64,000 bases of DNA from Gemmatimonadota bacterium (GTDB lineage Bacteria; Gemmatimonadota; Gemmatimonadetes; Longimicrobiales; Gaopeijiaceae): assembly GCA_034521595.1 (NCBI GenBank), contig JAXHMG010000003.1, positions 2,816,001 to 2,880,000 on the forward strand, in the 5' to 3' direction. Position 1 is the first letter of the stretch, and each line of letters begins with the position of its first letter. Made by a program: the position numbers and the translations under genes. Below, piece by piece: positions 50,395 through 60,527 of this stretch. Below the pieces are notes generated by a model, which did no database searches, was not told where the DNA came from, and saw nothing but the letters and a program-made list of their open reading frames with translations.

Positions 50395-51261
50395 CTACAG
50401 GCTGAAGTCCGTCAGAAGCCGTTTTTCCTCGTCGCCGAGCTTCGCCTCGATCTCCAGATAATGCTCGATGCCGCTCCCGTTCAGCTTGTTGCGCAGAAGC
50501 TGGTCGAGCTGGAACAAGCCCGCGGAGTTGGAGAGCTCCACGGTGATCCGGATGGGCTTCTCTTCACCACGCTCCAGCGACACCGAGTCCACCGCGGCCG
50601 CCGACACGGAATGGATGGAGAGGGAGCCCGCGGAAAAGGGAATGCGGGACCGCCCCTTGGCCATGTCCAGCGCGTCGGCGATGCGCACGACTCCGGCCTC
50701 CAGCGTGAGCGGCTTCCCGCCCGAACGGTGGGCGATGATCGCGTGCAGGATCTCCGAGCGGATCACCGTGCACCTGCGGAGATCGTAGATCTCGGGCAGC
50801 ATCGTCCGGAGCTTGGCGGTCGCGATGAAGAGGCTGTACGACTCGTGATCCTGTCGGTGGATCGACATGCCCACGTCGTGCATGAGGGCCGCCAGCGCCA
50901 CGACCACCTCCGCGTCCTCGGGGTCGAGCTGGTAGTTGCGGACCACGCTCGGCTCCACTCCGGCGTCGACCAGGAGACGTAGCATGCGGACCGCGATGTT
51001 CATGACGATCTTCACGTGCACGGGGCCGTGATCCGTCATCCCGAGCCGCTCCACCGCGTTCACGTTGGCCGCGAGCCAGAGGCCATAGAGGTCGTCGTCG
51101 TCGTTCACCATCTCCATGGCACGGCGCAGCTTCGGATTGTGGCGATCCGGAACGGCCATCTCGATCCTGCGCTCGAAGCGCTCGTCGACACCCCGCACCA
51201 GGTCGTCCAACGCGGGTGCGACCTCGGTATCGAAATAACCTCCGGGCCTGGATGCGCTCAC
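50395..51261 (-). CDS. HD-domain phosphohydrolase
   Basis: DHGPVH...MHDVG...H...AH...IADALD. Confidence 0.85.
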   Translation of the reverse strand: MSASRPGGYFDTEVAPALDDLVRGVDERFERRIEMAVPDRHNPKLRRAMEMVNDDDDLYGLWLAANVNAVERLGMTDHGPVHVKIVMNIAVRMLRLLVDAGVEPSVVRNYQLDPEDAEVVVALAALMHDVGMSIHRQDHESYSLFIATAKLRTMLPEIYDLRRCTVIRSEILHAIIAHRSGGKPLTLEAGVVRIADALDMAKGRSRIPFSAGSLSIHSVSAAAVDSVSLERGEEKPIRITVELSNSAGLFQLDQLLRNKLNGSGIEHYLEIEAKLGDEEKRLLTDFSL

Positions 51262-51270
51262 GGTCAGAGC

Positions 51271-51678
51271 TCAGCGGCCACGTCGGAGCAAGCGCACCAC
51301 CGCGAGCCCCGCGGCCGCTCCGATGAGGGCGCCGCCGAAAACGATGCGCTTCCGGTCACGATCATGCCAGCTGACCGAACCGGGCATGCCTCCGCCCGTG
51401 CTCTCCTCCCTGCTCTCGACGGTTTCGTCGTAGGCGCCTTCCCACCCACAGTCCGGGCATTCCAGCACGTCCCGATCCCGAGCCGTCCGGTTGGGATACG
51501 CTACCTCCGCGCCGCAGATGGGACATTCCACACCCGCGGCGAGCGGACCGATCATCCCGTAGAGCCCGCTCTTGGAGAGGTCGAGCCGTTCGGCGATCCG
51601 GTTCACGCTCTCATCCGAGCTCCAATAGAGGTCGTTCGCGCGACGCGTGATGTTCCGTTCTTGCCTTGCCGCTGCCAT
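51271..51678 (-). CDS. Hypothetical protein with HTH-like segment, zinc ribbon and C-terminal hydrophobic helix
   Basis: SVNRIAERLDLSKSGLY, CPICG...CPDCG, IVFGGALIGAAAGLAVV. Confidence 0.65.
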   Translation of the reverse strand: MAAARQERNITRRANDLYWSSDESVNRIAERLDLSKSGLYGMIGPLAAGVECPICGAEVAYPNRTARDRDVLECPDCGWEGAYDETVESREESTGGGMPGSVSWHDRDRKRIVFGGALIGAAAGLAVVRLLRRGR

Positions 51679-51800
51679 GGTGCTCCCGTAAGTCGGGTTG
51701 ACCCTCGATCTCGTGACGATGAACATAGCTGGCACCTCCCGGTCTCGCACGGATCCGGCGCATCCGGGGGAAACGGCGCGCGCTACCCGAGGAGGCCGTC

Positions 51801-52055
51801 ATGCGCAGTCGAGAGCGTGTGCTCCAGAGTCTCGAGAAGGTTTACCGTTCGGCGTTCAGCGAAGCCGAGGAAGCGAACGACACGGAACGGATGCAGCAAC
51901 TCGACCTGGAGTATCAAAAAGACCAGATCCAGCTCGAAGTGTTGCTCGACATCCGCGAGCTCCTGGCCTTGCCGCCCACCGAAGAAGCCGGCGAAGACCA
52001 GACCTCGCTCTTCGACCGGGCGCAGCAGCTCCGAAACCTGACCAAACTCCGCTAG
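51801..52055 (+). CDS. Hypothetical helical protein
   Basis: GGAGG RBS, host-like codon use, fills the gap before pduO. Confidence 0.65.
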   Translation: MRSRERVLQSLEKVYRSAFSEAEEANDTERMQQLDLEYQKDQIQLEVLLDIRELLALPPTEEAGEDQTSLFDRAQQLRNLTKLR

Positions 52056-52065
52056 CGACGGGTCG

Positions 52066-52620
52066 ATGAAAATCTACACACGCGCGGGCGACAGCGGAGG
52101 GACCTCCCTGTTCGGGGGCGGCCGGGTGCCGAAGAGCCATGCCCGCGTCGAAGCGTACGGAACCGTCGACGAGTTGAACGCAGTCCTCGGACAGGCGATC
52201 GTCCAGGTCGGCGACCCGGACATCGTGGGGCACCTCCAAGCCGTGCAGCACGACCTCTTCACCCTGGGATCCGACCTGGCGACGCCCCCGGCTCGGGAGG
52301 GCCGGGATCAGCCGGTGACGCCCACGCTTCCGACCGACCGAGTCAGCCGGATGGAAGCATGGATCGATGCCGCGGACGAAGAGCTCGCTCCGCTGCGCGC
52401 GTTCGTGCTGCCGGGCGGCTCCGGCGGAGCCGCGGCGCTCCACCTGGCACGCACGGTGTGCCGGCGGGCCGAGCGGAGGGTCGTGGACCTCGCCGACGCC
52501 GAACCGGTCGGCGAGCAGATCGTCCCGTACCTCAACCGGCTGTCCGACCTCCTCTTCACCTTCGCCCGCCTCGAGAATCACCGCGCCGGAATCCCCGACG
52601 TCGAATGGGAGAAACCGTGA
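52066..52620 (+). CDS. pduO: PduO-type cob(I)alamin adenosyltransferase
   Basis: MKIYTRAGDSG, AYGTVDELN, RTVCRRAER, YLNRLSD. Confidence 0.93.
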   Translation: MKIYTRAGDSGGTSLFGGGRVPKSHARVEAYGTVDELNAVLGQAIVQVGDPDIVGHLQAVQHDLFTLGSDLATPPAREGRDQPVTPTLPTDRVSRMEAWIDAADEELAPLRAFVLPGGSGGAAALHLARTVCRRAERRVVDLADAEPVGEQIVPYLNRLSDLLFTFARLENHRAGIPDVEWEKP

Positions 52621-53453
52621 GATCCACACCGTTTACGCTCGAGCCCCGTGCCGGAGACGTCATCCGGGGCGACATCCGGCTGCCCGACGCCGAAGGAGCC
52701 CGCCCGGAGACGGCGGTCATCGTCGTCCACGGGTTCAAGGGCTTCAAGGATTGGGCATTCTTCCCCCATGTGTGCGAGCGGCTCGCGGCCGCGGGGCACG
52801 CCGTGATCTCGTTCAACTTCTCACACAACGGCGTCGGCCCCGACCTCGAGCACTTCAGCGAGTTGGAGAAGTTCGGAGAGAACACCCTCTCGCTCGAGCT
52901 GGACGAGCTGCGGCTGGTGCTGGACGAGGTGTGCTCCGGGGCGCTGCTCGGATGGATCCCCGAAGAGGTGGGCCTTCTCGGGCACAGCCGTGGCGGCGGA
53001 CAAGCGATCCTCGCCACCCATGAGGACGGGCGGGTGGCATCGTTGGTGACGTGGGCGGCCGTGGCGGACTTCGACCGTTGGACGGACGAGACGAAGGAAG
53101 CGTGGCGCGAGGACGGGCGGATCTGGATCGCGAACCAGCGGACCGGTCAGCAGATGCCGTTGGACCTGACCCTCCTGGAAGACTTCGAGCGGAATCGGGA
53201 GCGCCTGGACATCCTCACCGCGGCGAAGAGCGTCCCCGTCCCGTGGCTCATCGTTCACGGCCGGGAGGACGCGAGCGTCTCTCCCGAGGACGGGCGCGCC
53301 CTGGACGAGGCATCGACGACGGGGAACCTCCGTTGGGTCGAGAGTGCCGGACACACCTTCGAAGCCCGCCATCCGTTCACGGAAAGCCCACCGGAGCTCG
53401 ACGAGGCGCTCAGCGCCACCCTCGAGCACTTCGACCGCACCCTCCGGGGCTGA
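52617..53453 (+). CDS. Alpha/beta hydrolase
   Basis: HGFKGFKDW, GHSRGG, HGRED, GHTF. Confidence 0.88.
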   Translation: MRSTPFTLEPRAGDVIRGDIRLPDAEGARPETAVIVVHGFKGFKDWAFFPHVCERLAAAGHAVISFNFSHNGVGPDLEHFSELEKFGENTLSLELDELRLVLDEVCSGALLGWIPEEVGLLGHSRGGGQAILATHEDGRVASLVTWAAVADFDRWTDETKEAWREDGRIWIANQRTGQQMPLDLTLLEDFERNRERLDILTAAKSVPVPWLIVHGREDASVSPEDGRALDEASTTGNLRWVESAGHTFEARHPFTESPPELDEALSATLEHFDRTLRG

Positions 53454-53488
53454 CGCCCGCATTGAGCGGGAGCGGCCGGGGCGAAGCG

Positions 53489-54043
53489 ATGGCGGCATCC
53501 GTCGCCGCCACCTGCGAGCGGCGGAGCTTTTCGGCACCCGACATCGAGACCGTCCGGAAGGCGCTCCACCTCGCCATGGAGCCGCGGGAGGCCGCTCTGG
53601 ACGACGACCATCACCCCGCCTTCCTGCATCCGGGCCGCGTGGCCCTGGTCCTCCTCAACGACGTGGACGGCGCACCCGCCCCTGCCGTCGTGCTCGGGAC
53701 GCTCCTGGAGTCGCGCGACCCGCAGCTTCGAGCCGACTCCGAAAAGGTCGCGGAGGCCTTCGGGACCCAGGTCGCCGACGCCCGGTCCTCGGTGCCCGCT
53801 CCGGGCGCACCGGACCTGGCGGAGCGCCTGGTCACGCTCCCGCCGGATATAGCCCTCGGGGCGCTCGCCGAACGGCTGGACCACCTGCGCCACGAGCACC
53901 TGCGCGAGCCCGTGATCCCCTGGGCCACGCTCGTCGACGAAGTCTCCGGCGTGTGGCTCCCGGTCGCGGAGCGTGCCTCGGAAGCCCTGGCGCGCCGGTA
54001 CCGCCATTGGCTTCGGACCTTCAGAAGAAGAGCGAGGGTATAG
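53489..54043 (+). CDS. Degenerate HD-fold (SpoT/Mesh1 hydrolase-like) protein
   Basis: HPGRVALVL, FGTQVA and LAERLDHLRH echo the RSH hydrolase pattern, but the HD dyad is absent. Confidence 0.5.
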   Translation: MAASVAATCERRSFSAPDIETVRKALHLAMEPREAALDDDHHPAFLHPGRVALVLLNDVDGAPAPAVVLGTLLESRDPQLRADSEKVAEAFGTQVADARSSVPAPGAPDLAERLVTLPPDIALGALAERLDHLRHEHLREPVIPWATLVDEVSGVWLPVAERASEALARRYRHWLRTFRRRARV

Positions 54044-54218
54044 CCTCGCCCTGGGAACGCCGACGGCGACCCGGCGATACGCCGGTCACGAGGTGGTCGG
54101 CTCGAGGCGTTCTTCTGAAGCTTGCGACCGATCCGCGCTTTGATTATCGGTTCACCTCACGTGCGGCAACCCGCGCGGGCGGTCGCTCGCGACACGCAAC
54201 CAAGGATGTTTGCGAATC

Positions 54219-54452
54219 ATGACATATATCATCACCGAGCCATGCATCGAGACGAAGGACGCGAGTTGCGTGGAGGTGTGCCCGGTAGACTGCATCTACG
54301 AAGGTGAAGATCAGTTCTATATCCATCCGGACGAGTGCATCGACTGCGGAGCCTGTGAGCCCGAGTGTCCCGTCCAGGCGATCTTTCCCGACACCGACGT
54401 TCCACCCGAGTGGACGAGCTACGTCGAGAAGAACAAGGCGCACTTCGAGTAG
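54219..54452 (+). CDS. Dicluster (7Fe-type) ferredoxin
   Basis: C-x7-CVEVCP...[12 protein letters not shown]. Confidence 0.93.
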   Translation: MTYIITEPCIETKDASCVEVCPVDCIYEGEDQFYIHPDECIDCGACEPECPVQAIFPDTDVPPEWTSYVEKNKAHFE

Positions 54453-54567
54453 CGCCGAGCTGCGGAACCCGATCCCCGGACATTTCGGAATGGCACGAGA
54501 AAGAGCGGCGAGGGAGACCCGGTCCCCCTCGCCGCTTTTACGTGATGCCTTCGCTGCCGCGGACCCG

Positions 54568-54741
54568 TCAGAAGCCGACCGCGCGCAACCGTTCGAGCGA
54601 GACCTGCTGCTGAGGCACTTCACCTTCATCGGTCAGGGCGCGCGGACCTTTGACGTCCATCGGCTCACGCTGTTGACGCACCAGCACGAGTGTCGTCGCG
54701 AGCGCCGTGGCACCGAGCAATCCGACAACCAGTTTCTTCAT
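54568..54741 (-). CDS. Small hypothetical membrane-anchored protein (57 aa)
   Basis: MKKLVVGLLGATALATTLVLV N-terminal hydrophobic helix; GGAG RBS. Confidence 0.5.
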   Translation of the reverse strand: MKKLVVGLLGATALATTLVLVRQQREPMDVKGPRALTDEGEVPQQQVSLERLRAVGF

Positions 54742-54953
54742 GGCACTCTCCGAAAGGGCGGAAGGTCTGTCCGCCCCGGAAAGCAAAACGCGAGCCACGG
54801 CGGACCTCGCCCGTACATACCCCTGATCGGGCGTTTCGTCCCGCCGAACCGGGCGGGAAGTGCTGCGGCACCGCACCAGTCGTGCGGTCCGAACGCAGCA
54901 ATCACGACGACCGGTGACCGCGATCCGACGCCCGGCGTCGGAGATGTCGAACG

Positions 54954-56141
54954 GTGACGCCTCCCGGCGGCGGCAGCGAGACGTACGCGGCCGATCCCGT
55001 GGCCCTCGCACAGGCACTGGTTCGGATTCCGTCCGTCAATCCCGGGCTCGAAGCCGAGGGTGCGGGCGAACGTGCAATGGGCGATTTCTGTGCGCGCCTC
55101 CTGGAGCAGTGGGGGCTGGACTACCGCAGCTACGAGGCCGCCCCCGGACGCCCGAACGTCGTGGCCGAGCTACCCGGAACGGGTCCGACCCTCCTCCTGA
55201 ACGGTCACCTCGACACGGTGGGCGTAGCCGGGATGAAGGAAGACCCTTTTTCCGGCGCCCTCCGGGACGGGACGCTCCGCGGTCGGGGCGCCTGCGACAT
55301 GAAGGGCGGCGTCGCCGCCATCCTGACGACGGCGCGCGAGCTGGCCGGCGTCCCGGTAACGGAGCGACCGCACCTGACGGTAGCCCTCACGTCCGACGAA
55401 GAGCATGCCAGCGTCGGAATGGAGCGTCTGGTCCGCGACGGCATCCATGCGGACTTCGGCATCATTTGTGAGCCGACCGAGCTGAGCGTGATGCCGGCGC
55501 ACAAGGGGTTCATCTGGCTGCGCGTGACTTTCGGTGGCCACGCCGCGCACGGCTCCCGCCCCGACCTGGGTGTGGACGCGATCCGACACGCGGGCCGGTA
55601 CCTCGCGCTCGTGGACCGTATCGAAGCCGACCTGCGGGAGCGCCCGCCCCATCCACTGTTGGGACACGCCTCCTTTCATGCCGGCACGATCCGGGGCGGC
55701 TCCGCGGCGTCGGTATACCCGGACGGCTGCGAGCTCGTGCTGGAACGCCGCACCCTTCCGGGGGAGACGAAGGACGAGGTCGTACGCCCCTTCCTGGACG
55801 CGCTCGACACACTCCGTTCCGAACACGACCAGGTCGACGCCCGGCTCGACGTGACGCTGGAGCGACCGGGCAGCGAGGTGTCCGCGGACGAGTCCCGCGT
55901 CGCGGCGCTCCTCGACGCCGTTCGGACGTCCGGCCGCGAGGGCTCGATCCGGGGCATGACCGCCTGGGTCGACGCGGCGTACCTCAACGAAGCCGGAGTG
56001 CCGACGGTGTGCTTCGGGCCGGGCTCCCTCGAGCAAGCGCACACCGCCGACGAGTGGGCCTGCGTGGACGAGATCCGGAGCTGCGCCAACACCCTGCAGC
56101 GCTTCGCGCGGGGACTGGTCCCGAACGGCCCCAAGGGTTAA
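54954..56141 (+). CDS. ArgE/DapE-family M20 deacylase
   Basis: NGHLDTV, GRGACDMKGG, DEE, CEPT, AHTADE. Confidence 0.92.
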   Translation: MTPPGGGSETYAADPVALAQALVRIPSVNPGLEAEGAGERAMGDFCARLLEQWGLDYRSYEAAPGRPNVVAELPGTGPTLLLNGHLDTVGVAGMKEDPFSGALRDGTLRGRGACDMKGGVAAILTTARELAGVPVTERPHLTVALTSDEEHASVGMERLVRDGIHADFGIICEPTELSVMPAHKGFIWLRVTFGGHAAHGSRPDLGVDAIRHAGRYLALVDRIEADLRERPPHPLLGHASFHAGTIRGGSAASVYPDGCELVLERRTLPGETKDEVVRPFLDALDTLRSEHDQVDARLDVTLERPGSEVSADESRVAALLDAVRTSGREGSIRGMTAWVDAAYLNEAGVPTVCFGPGSLEQAHTADEWACVDEIRSCANTLQRFARGLVPNGPKG

Positions 56142-56150
56142 CGATGCCTC

Positions 56151-56843
56151 ATGTCGACGCCTGACGAATCACACCGCCCCCCTCCGCTCGAGCGGAGTCG
56201 CCAGAAGGCCGTGGATGAGCTCTGCGAGCACTTCGCGAACGACCGGCTGACGGTCGAGGAGTTCGAGCGCCGCGTGGACTCCGCGCACCAAGCCCGGACG
56301 AGCGCAGAGCTCCGCGGCTTGCTGGACGACCTCCCCCAGTCACGGAACACGGCCGTGACACACGGAAGGGAATCATCGTCCTCCGACTCCGAGACCCGGT
56401 ACACCTTGGCCGAGCCGGACCGGGTGAAGGACCGGGGGATCGTGATCGCGGTCCTTGGCGGAACGGGCCGCAAAGGCAGGTGGAGCCCGGCGCGAAGCAA
56501 CTTCGTCCTCGCCGTCATGGGGGGCGCGGAGCTCGATTTCCGCGAGGCGGTGCTCCCTCCCGGCGTCACGGAGGTGCAGATCTATACCGTCTGGGGTGGC
56601 GTGGACATCGTCGTGCCGCCGGACATCCATGTGGAAAGCCACGGATTCGCGTTGCTCGGCGGCTTCGAGCATGCTGCCGGGGACGCGGTGGATCCCGCCC
56701 CCGGCACACCGACCCTACGCATCACGGGGATGGCGATCATGGGCGGCGTGGACATCAACGTGCGGCGCCCCGGGGAAACGGTACGGGACGCCAGGCGCCG
56801 CCGCCGCCTGGAGCGCAAGCAGCGACGGCGCAACGAGGACTGA
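56151..56843 (+). CDS. DUF1707 (SHOCT-like) + LiaF-like beta-domain protein
   Basis: RLTVEEFERR...ELRGLLDDLP; repeated MGG/WGG/LGG strands. Confidence 0.8.
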   Translation: MSTPDESHRPPPLERSRQKAVDELCEHFANDRLTVEEFERRVDSAHQARTSAELRGLLDDLPQSRNTAVTHGRESSSSDSETRYTLAEPDRVKDRGIVIAVLGGTGRKGRWSPARSNFVLAVMGGAELDFREAVLPPGVTEVQIYTVWGGVDIVVPPDIHVESHGFALLGGFEHAAGDAVDPAPGTPTLRITGMAIMGGVDINVRRPGETVRDARRRRRLERKQRRRNED

Positions 56844-56913
56844 CCGCGGAGCCGCAGCAGCCGGTGCCGGAACGGGCCGAGGCCCGACTCCGGCTATCCG
56901 GCGTACCGGGTCG

Positions 56914-57783
56914 TCATCCCCCGAGCGTGCGGTCCAGGTAAGCCTTCAGCCGCGTCCACGCGTCGAGCGCCGGCTCCGTGCGGGTCTCCGGGTCCTCGTC
57001 GACCCGCAGCCAGAAGCCGTGATCCACGGCATCGTAGATGTGGAGGTCGTGGTCCAACCCGACGGAGTCCAAGGCCTCCTCGAACGCTTGGACATCTTCG
57101 GGCGACGGCCCGTTGTCCAGCCGGGCGAACGTCCCGTACACCTCGTGATCCATGCTCTCGAGCGTCTCCGGGTCGTCCACCAGACGGCCATAGAAGATGG
57201 CCGTCGCTTCGTGATTCTCCCCGTCCAGGCCGAAGGAGAGGGCGATCCCGCCGCCGAAGCACCACCCCATCGCGCCGACCCGTCCGGTCACGTCGGGACG
57301 GTCCTTCAGGTAGCTGACCGCGCCGTTCAGGTTCTCGACGACCCGCGGCATGTCGCTCATGGTCTCCTCGACGAGAGCCATGTTCTCTTCGGAGCTCGAG
57401 CCGGTGCGACCCTGATACAGGTCCGCCGCGAGCGTCACGTAGCCTTCCGCCGCGAAATCGTCGGCGATGTGCCGCACGCGGTCCACCAACCCGCCCCACT
57501 CATGGATGATGACCAGAGCCGGGAAGGGGCCTTCACCCTCCGGGACGGCGAGGTAGCCGGTCGTCGCGGTGTCCTCGGGCAAATAGTCGAGGTCCGCGCC
57601 TTCGAGCGTGCCGCCCTCCCCCACGATTGCAGAAGGCAGCTCTCCTTCACCGGTCGGGTCCACGGCGACCCGCGGCTCCGCCGAAGAAATCGAAGCCTCC
57701 GGAGCCCCTTCCGTGTCGTCTCCCGCACCTCCGCAGGCCGTGAGCATGGACAGGGTGACGACGACGGCAAACCTTCTCGACAT
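56914..57783 (-). CDS. Dienelactone hydrolase-family lipoprotein
   Basis: LTAC lipobox, IHEWGG, GWCFGG, HGF. Confidence 0.9.
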   Translation of the reverse strand: MSRRFAVVVTLSMLTACGGAGDDTEGAPEASISSAEPRVAVDPTGEGELPSAIVGEGGTLEGADLDYLPEDTATTGYLAVPEGEGPFPALVIIHEWGGLVDRVRHIADDFAAEGYVTLAADLYQGRTGSSSEENMALVEETMSDMPRVVENLNGAVSYLKDRPDVTGRVGAMGWCFGGGIALSFGLDGENHEATAIFYGRLVDDPETLESMDHEVYGTFARLDNGPSPEDVQAFEEALDSVGLDHDLHIYDAVDHGFWLRVDEDPETRTEPALDAWTRLKAYLDRTLGG

Positions 57784-58196
57784 GGTTCCACTCCTGGATG
57801 AAAGCCCCGCGGATCCGGTGATCCCGGAACGCTCGGAAGACTCGCAAGGGACGACGGATCCGGCCCCGACGCAACCCGACGGCCCCGGACCGGCCGACAT
57901 CCACGGCGCGACCCACGGACCCGTCCACGATCGAGGACACAGGCCGGACACACACCGGCGAACCCACGGCCGAGGGACATGGCCACACCGCCCAACTAGC
58001 GCGCCACAACTGGCTTTCCCGTTGTTCGTCAGTGCTCGGAACCGGTCCGGCACGCCTCTTGTACCATGGAAGCACAGGTGACGAGATCCGCGAAATGCTG
58101 TAGGATCGAGTCCCGCGTCCGCGTCGGTAGAAACCCCGGCCGGAGCGTCCATACCATGAACGGCGAGCAGATCCTCGCTGAAGGACAGGAGATTGA

Positions 58197-58628
58197 ATGT
58201 TGCGTCAGAAGAGCAAGAAGCTTCTCTCGGCGATGGTCCTTCCGGTCGGCGTCGCGCTTGCGGTCCAGGGTAGCACCCCGGACGCACAGCCGGCCGACCG
58301 CGACGGGTCCGTGTGGACCCATCAGGCCGTCGACGTCAGCTACCAGGAAGATGTCGTCCCGATCCTCGAGGCTTCGTGCCTCGACTGCCACGGCGCCGAG
58401 AACGAGGACGGCGAGGTCGTGATCGAGCTGGGCTACGACATGACTACCTACGAGGGCCTCATGGCCGGTTCAGAATACGGCCCGGTCATCGAGCCCGGTG
58501 ATCCCGACGAGAGCCTCTTCCTCGACATGATCATCAACGGGGACATGCCGGAGGACGGTGACCCGCTTCCGGAGGAAGAGATCGAGATCATCCGGGCCTG
58601 GATCGCGGAAGGCGCACAGAACAACTGA
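58197..58628 (+). CDS. Secreted planctomycete-type monoheme cytochrome c
   Basis: Signal peptide, PILEASCLDCHG, IEPGDPDES, MP, IRAWIAEGA. Confidence 0.85.
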   Translation: MLRQKSKKLLSAMVLPVGVALAVQGSTPDAQPADRDGSVWTHQAVDVSYQEDVVPILEASCLDCHGAENEDGEVVIELGYDMTTYEGLMAGSEYGPVIEPGDPDESLFLDMIINGDMPEDGDPLPEEEIEIIRAWIAEGAQNN

Positions 58629-58661
58629 TGCCCGGGCGGGCGCTACGCGCCACCAAGCACG

Positions 58662-58704
58662 AAGGGCCGCACGCTCGGATGGAGCGTGCGGCCCTTTCGT
58701 TTGT
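58662..58704. terminator. Intrinsic terminator between convergent genes
   Basis: 15-bp perfect stem AAGGGCCGCACGCTC/GAGCGTGCGGCCCTT followed by T-rich sequence. Confidence 0.8.
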
Positions 58705-58736
58705 CCCGCAACCGAGGCCCGGCTGCTAACACCGGT

Positions 58737-60527
58737 TCATTGCTGCTCCGTCGGCCGGTACCAGTCTTCTCGGAGCCAGTCGACGAGCAGCCCCATCTCG
58801 CGCTCGGTCAGGATTCCGTCTTCGCCGAACGCCGGCATGCGGTCGTTGTCCGCTCCGTAGAGGGACGGATGCGCGGGGTTGTTCACCATCCGCAGCACCC
58901 ACTCACGCGAAGCCCAACCGGTGAGATCGGGACCGTCATCCTCCTCCCCTTCACCGTACACGGTGTGGCAGTCCTTGCAGTTGACCACCTCGTTGACGAC
59001 GGCCTCGCGCCCGCGCTCGATGTCCGCGGCCTCGGCCGAATCCAGCTCGGCCTGCAAAGGCAGGTTCGCTTCCGCCGAGAGCCACTTGATCACGTATTCG
59101 AGCTCGTCCCGCTGCTCGTCCGTCCACGCGTTCGGAATCCCCCGCTGAACGAAGCGGACCATGTCCCCGTTGCGGAACTCGGTTCCGCCGAAGTACTCCA
59201 GCGTGTTCACCCGGTCGGGATCGAAGAGGCCCTCGAGCCACTCTCGGCTGCCGAAGCCGGCCAGGTCCGAGGCGGTCGGCTCTTCGGCCGGAGGCAACCC
59301 CGTCCCGTCGTGCCCCTCGTACGTATGGCAGCTCGCACAGTTGCTGTTGAAGAGCTTCGGGCCCTGGGTCAACGGATCGTTGCGGAGCAGCTCGAGGGCG
59401 CCCGTGGGGGGAATCCCCGCCGGGGCGTTCGCGAGCTCCCGGACCCTGTGAGCGGCTTGCTCCGCCTCCTCCTGCGCGACCGCGAACTCCTCGTCTCCCG
59501 CGTCCTGCGCGTACGCGAGCACGGTCAGCAGGCCGATGCCCGCGATGAGCGCGCCCATGAGACCGAGATTGAAGCGATGCCCGAGTTGCCAGTTGCCGAT
59601 GATCGGCATGAGGGCGACGACCGCCACGATCGCGCCCGGAATGATCATCGCTCCGACCACCTCCCACCCCGCCGGGAAGTATTTCAGCCACTGGAACAGG
59701 AACATGAAGTACCACTCGGGGCGGGCAGCCGCGTACGGCTCCGTCGGGTCCGCCGGAGCACCCAACTCCGCGCCACCGGTCACGAAGACCAGCACCAGCA
59801 CCGTGGCCATCACGGCCAGCATGGCGACCGCGTCCCGGAACACCTGCTCCGGCCAGAACGTGGCTTCCGGCGCACGCTCGGGATCCTTGACGGTGATCCC
59901 GTGATGTCGGAACAGATACACGTGCCCCACGATGAGGGCCACGATGAGCGCCGGAATGATGCCCGCGTGGACGGCGAAAAACCGGGTGAGCGTAAGGTGA
60001 CCGTACTCGGCCCCGCCCACCATGAAACGCTGGACCTCGGGGCCGACGAACGGAGTGATGGCCGCGATGCTCGTCGCGACCTTGGTCGCCCAGAAGCCTT
60101 TCTGGTCCCAGGGCAACAAGTACCCCGTGAGGCCGAGTCCCAGCACCAGGCCGAGCAGGCCGAGCCCGAACCAGAAGTTGACTTCCCTCGGTGCACGGTA
60201 CGCCCCGTCGATCACCACCTGCATGAGGTGCAGCAACAGCAGCACGATCGTGACGTGCGCCATGTAGTGGTGGATGCCACGCAGCATCCAGCCACCCCAC
60301 ATCTCGTACTGGATGAAGTAGACGCTCTCCCAGGCCCCCTGCGCGTTCGCGCTATAGGCCGCCCACAGGATGAGCCCGGTGATGAACTGAACGCCGATGG
60401 CGAAGGCGAGCGTGCTGCCCCATACGTAACGCCACCGGGCGCCTCCCGGAATCCGCTCGTAGAGGGCTTCGCTCAGGATGCTCCGATAGCCGGTTCGGTT
60501 GTCGAGCCAATCGAGTAGCGCCCTCAT
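58737..60527 (-). CDS. Cytochrome b (b + subunit IV) fused to a diheme cytochrome c
   Basis: RGIHHY...LLHL, GYLLPWDQ, FAVH...GHV, PEWY, then CASCH and CKDCH. Confidence 0.92.
   Translation of the reverse strand: MRALLDWLDNRTGYRSILSEALYERIPGGARWRYVWGSTLAFAIGVQFITGLILWAAYSANAQGAWESVYFIQYEMWGGWMLRGIHHYMAHVTIVLLLLHLMQVVIDGAYRAPREVNFWFGLGLLGLVLGLGLTGYLLPWDQKGFWATKVATSIAAITPFVGPEVQRFMVGGAEYGHLTLTRFFAVHAGIIPALIVALIVGHVYLFRHHGITVKDPERAPEATFWPEQVFRDAVAMLAVMATVLVLVFVTGGAELGAPADPTEPYAAARPEWYFMFLFQWLKYFPAGWEVVGAMIIPGAIVAVVALMPIIGNWQLGHRFNLGLMGALIAGIGLLTVLAYAQDAGDEEFAVAQEEAEQAAHRVRELANAPAGIPPTGALELLRNDPLTQGPKLFNSNCASCHTYEGHDGTGLPPAEEPTASDLAGFGSREWLEGLFDPDRVNTLEYFGGTEFRNGDMVRFVQRGIPNAWTDEQRDELEYVIKWLSAEANLPLQAELDSAEAADIERGREAVVNEVVNCKDCHTVYGEGEEDDGPDLTGWASREWVLRMVNNPAHPSLYGADNDRMPAFGEDGILTEREMGLLVDWLREDWYRPTEQQ

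Noticed and set aside
57790-57990. Recurring CCACGG and GGACAC words upstream of the dienelactone hydrolase
   Set aside because: No regular period or consistent unit; low-complexity GC-rich intergenic DNA.
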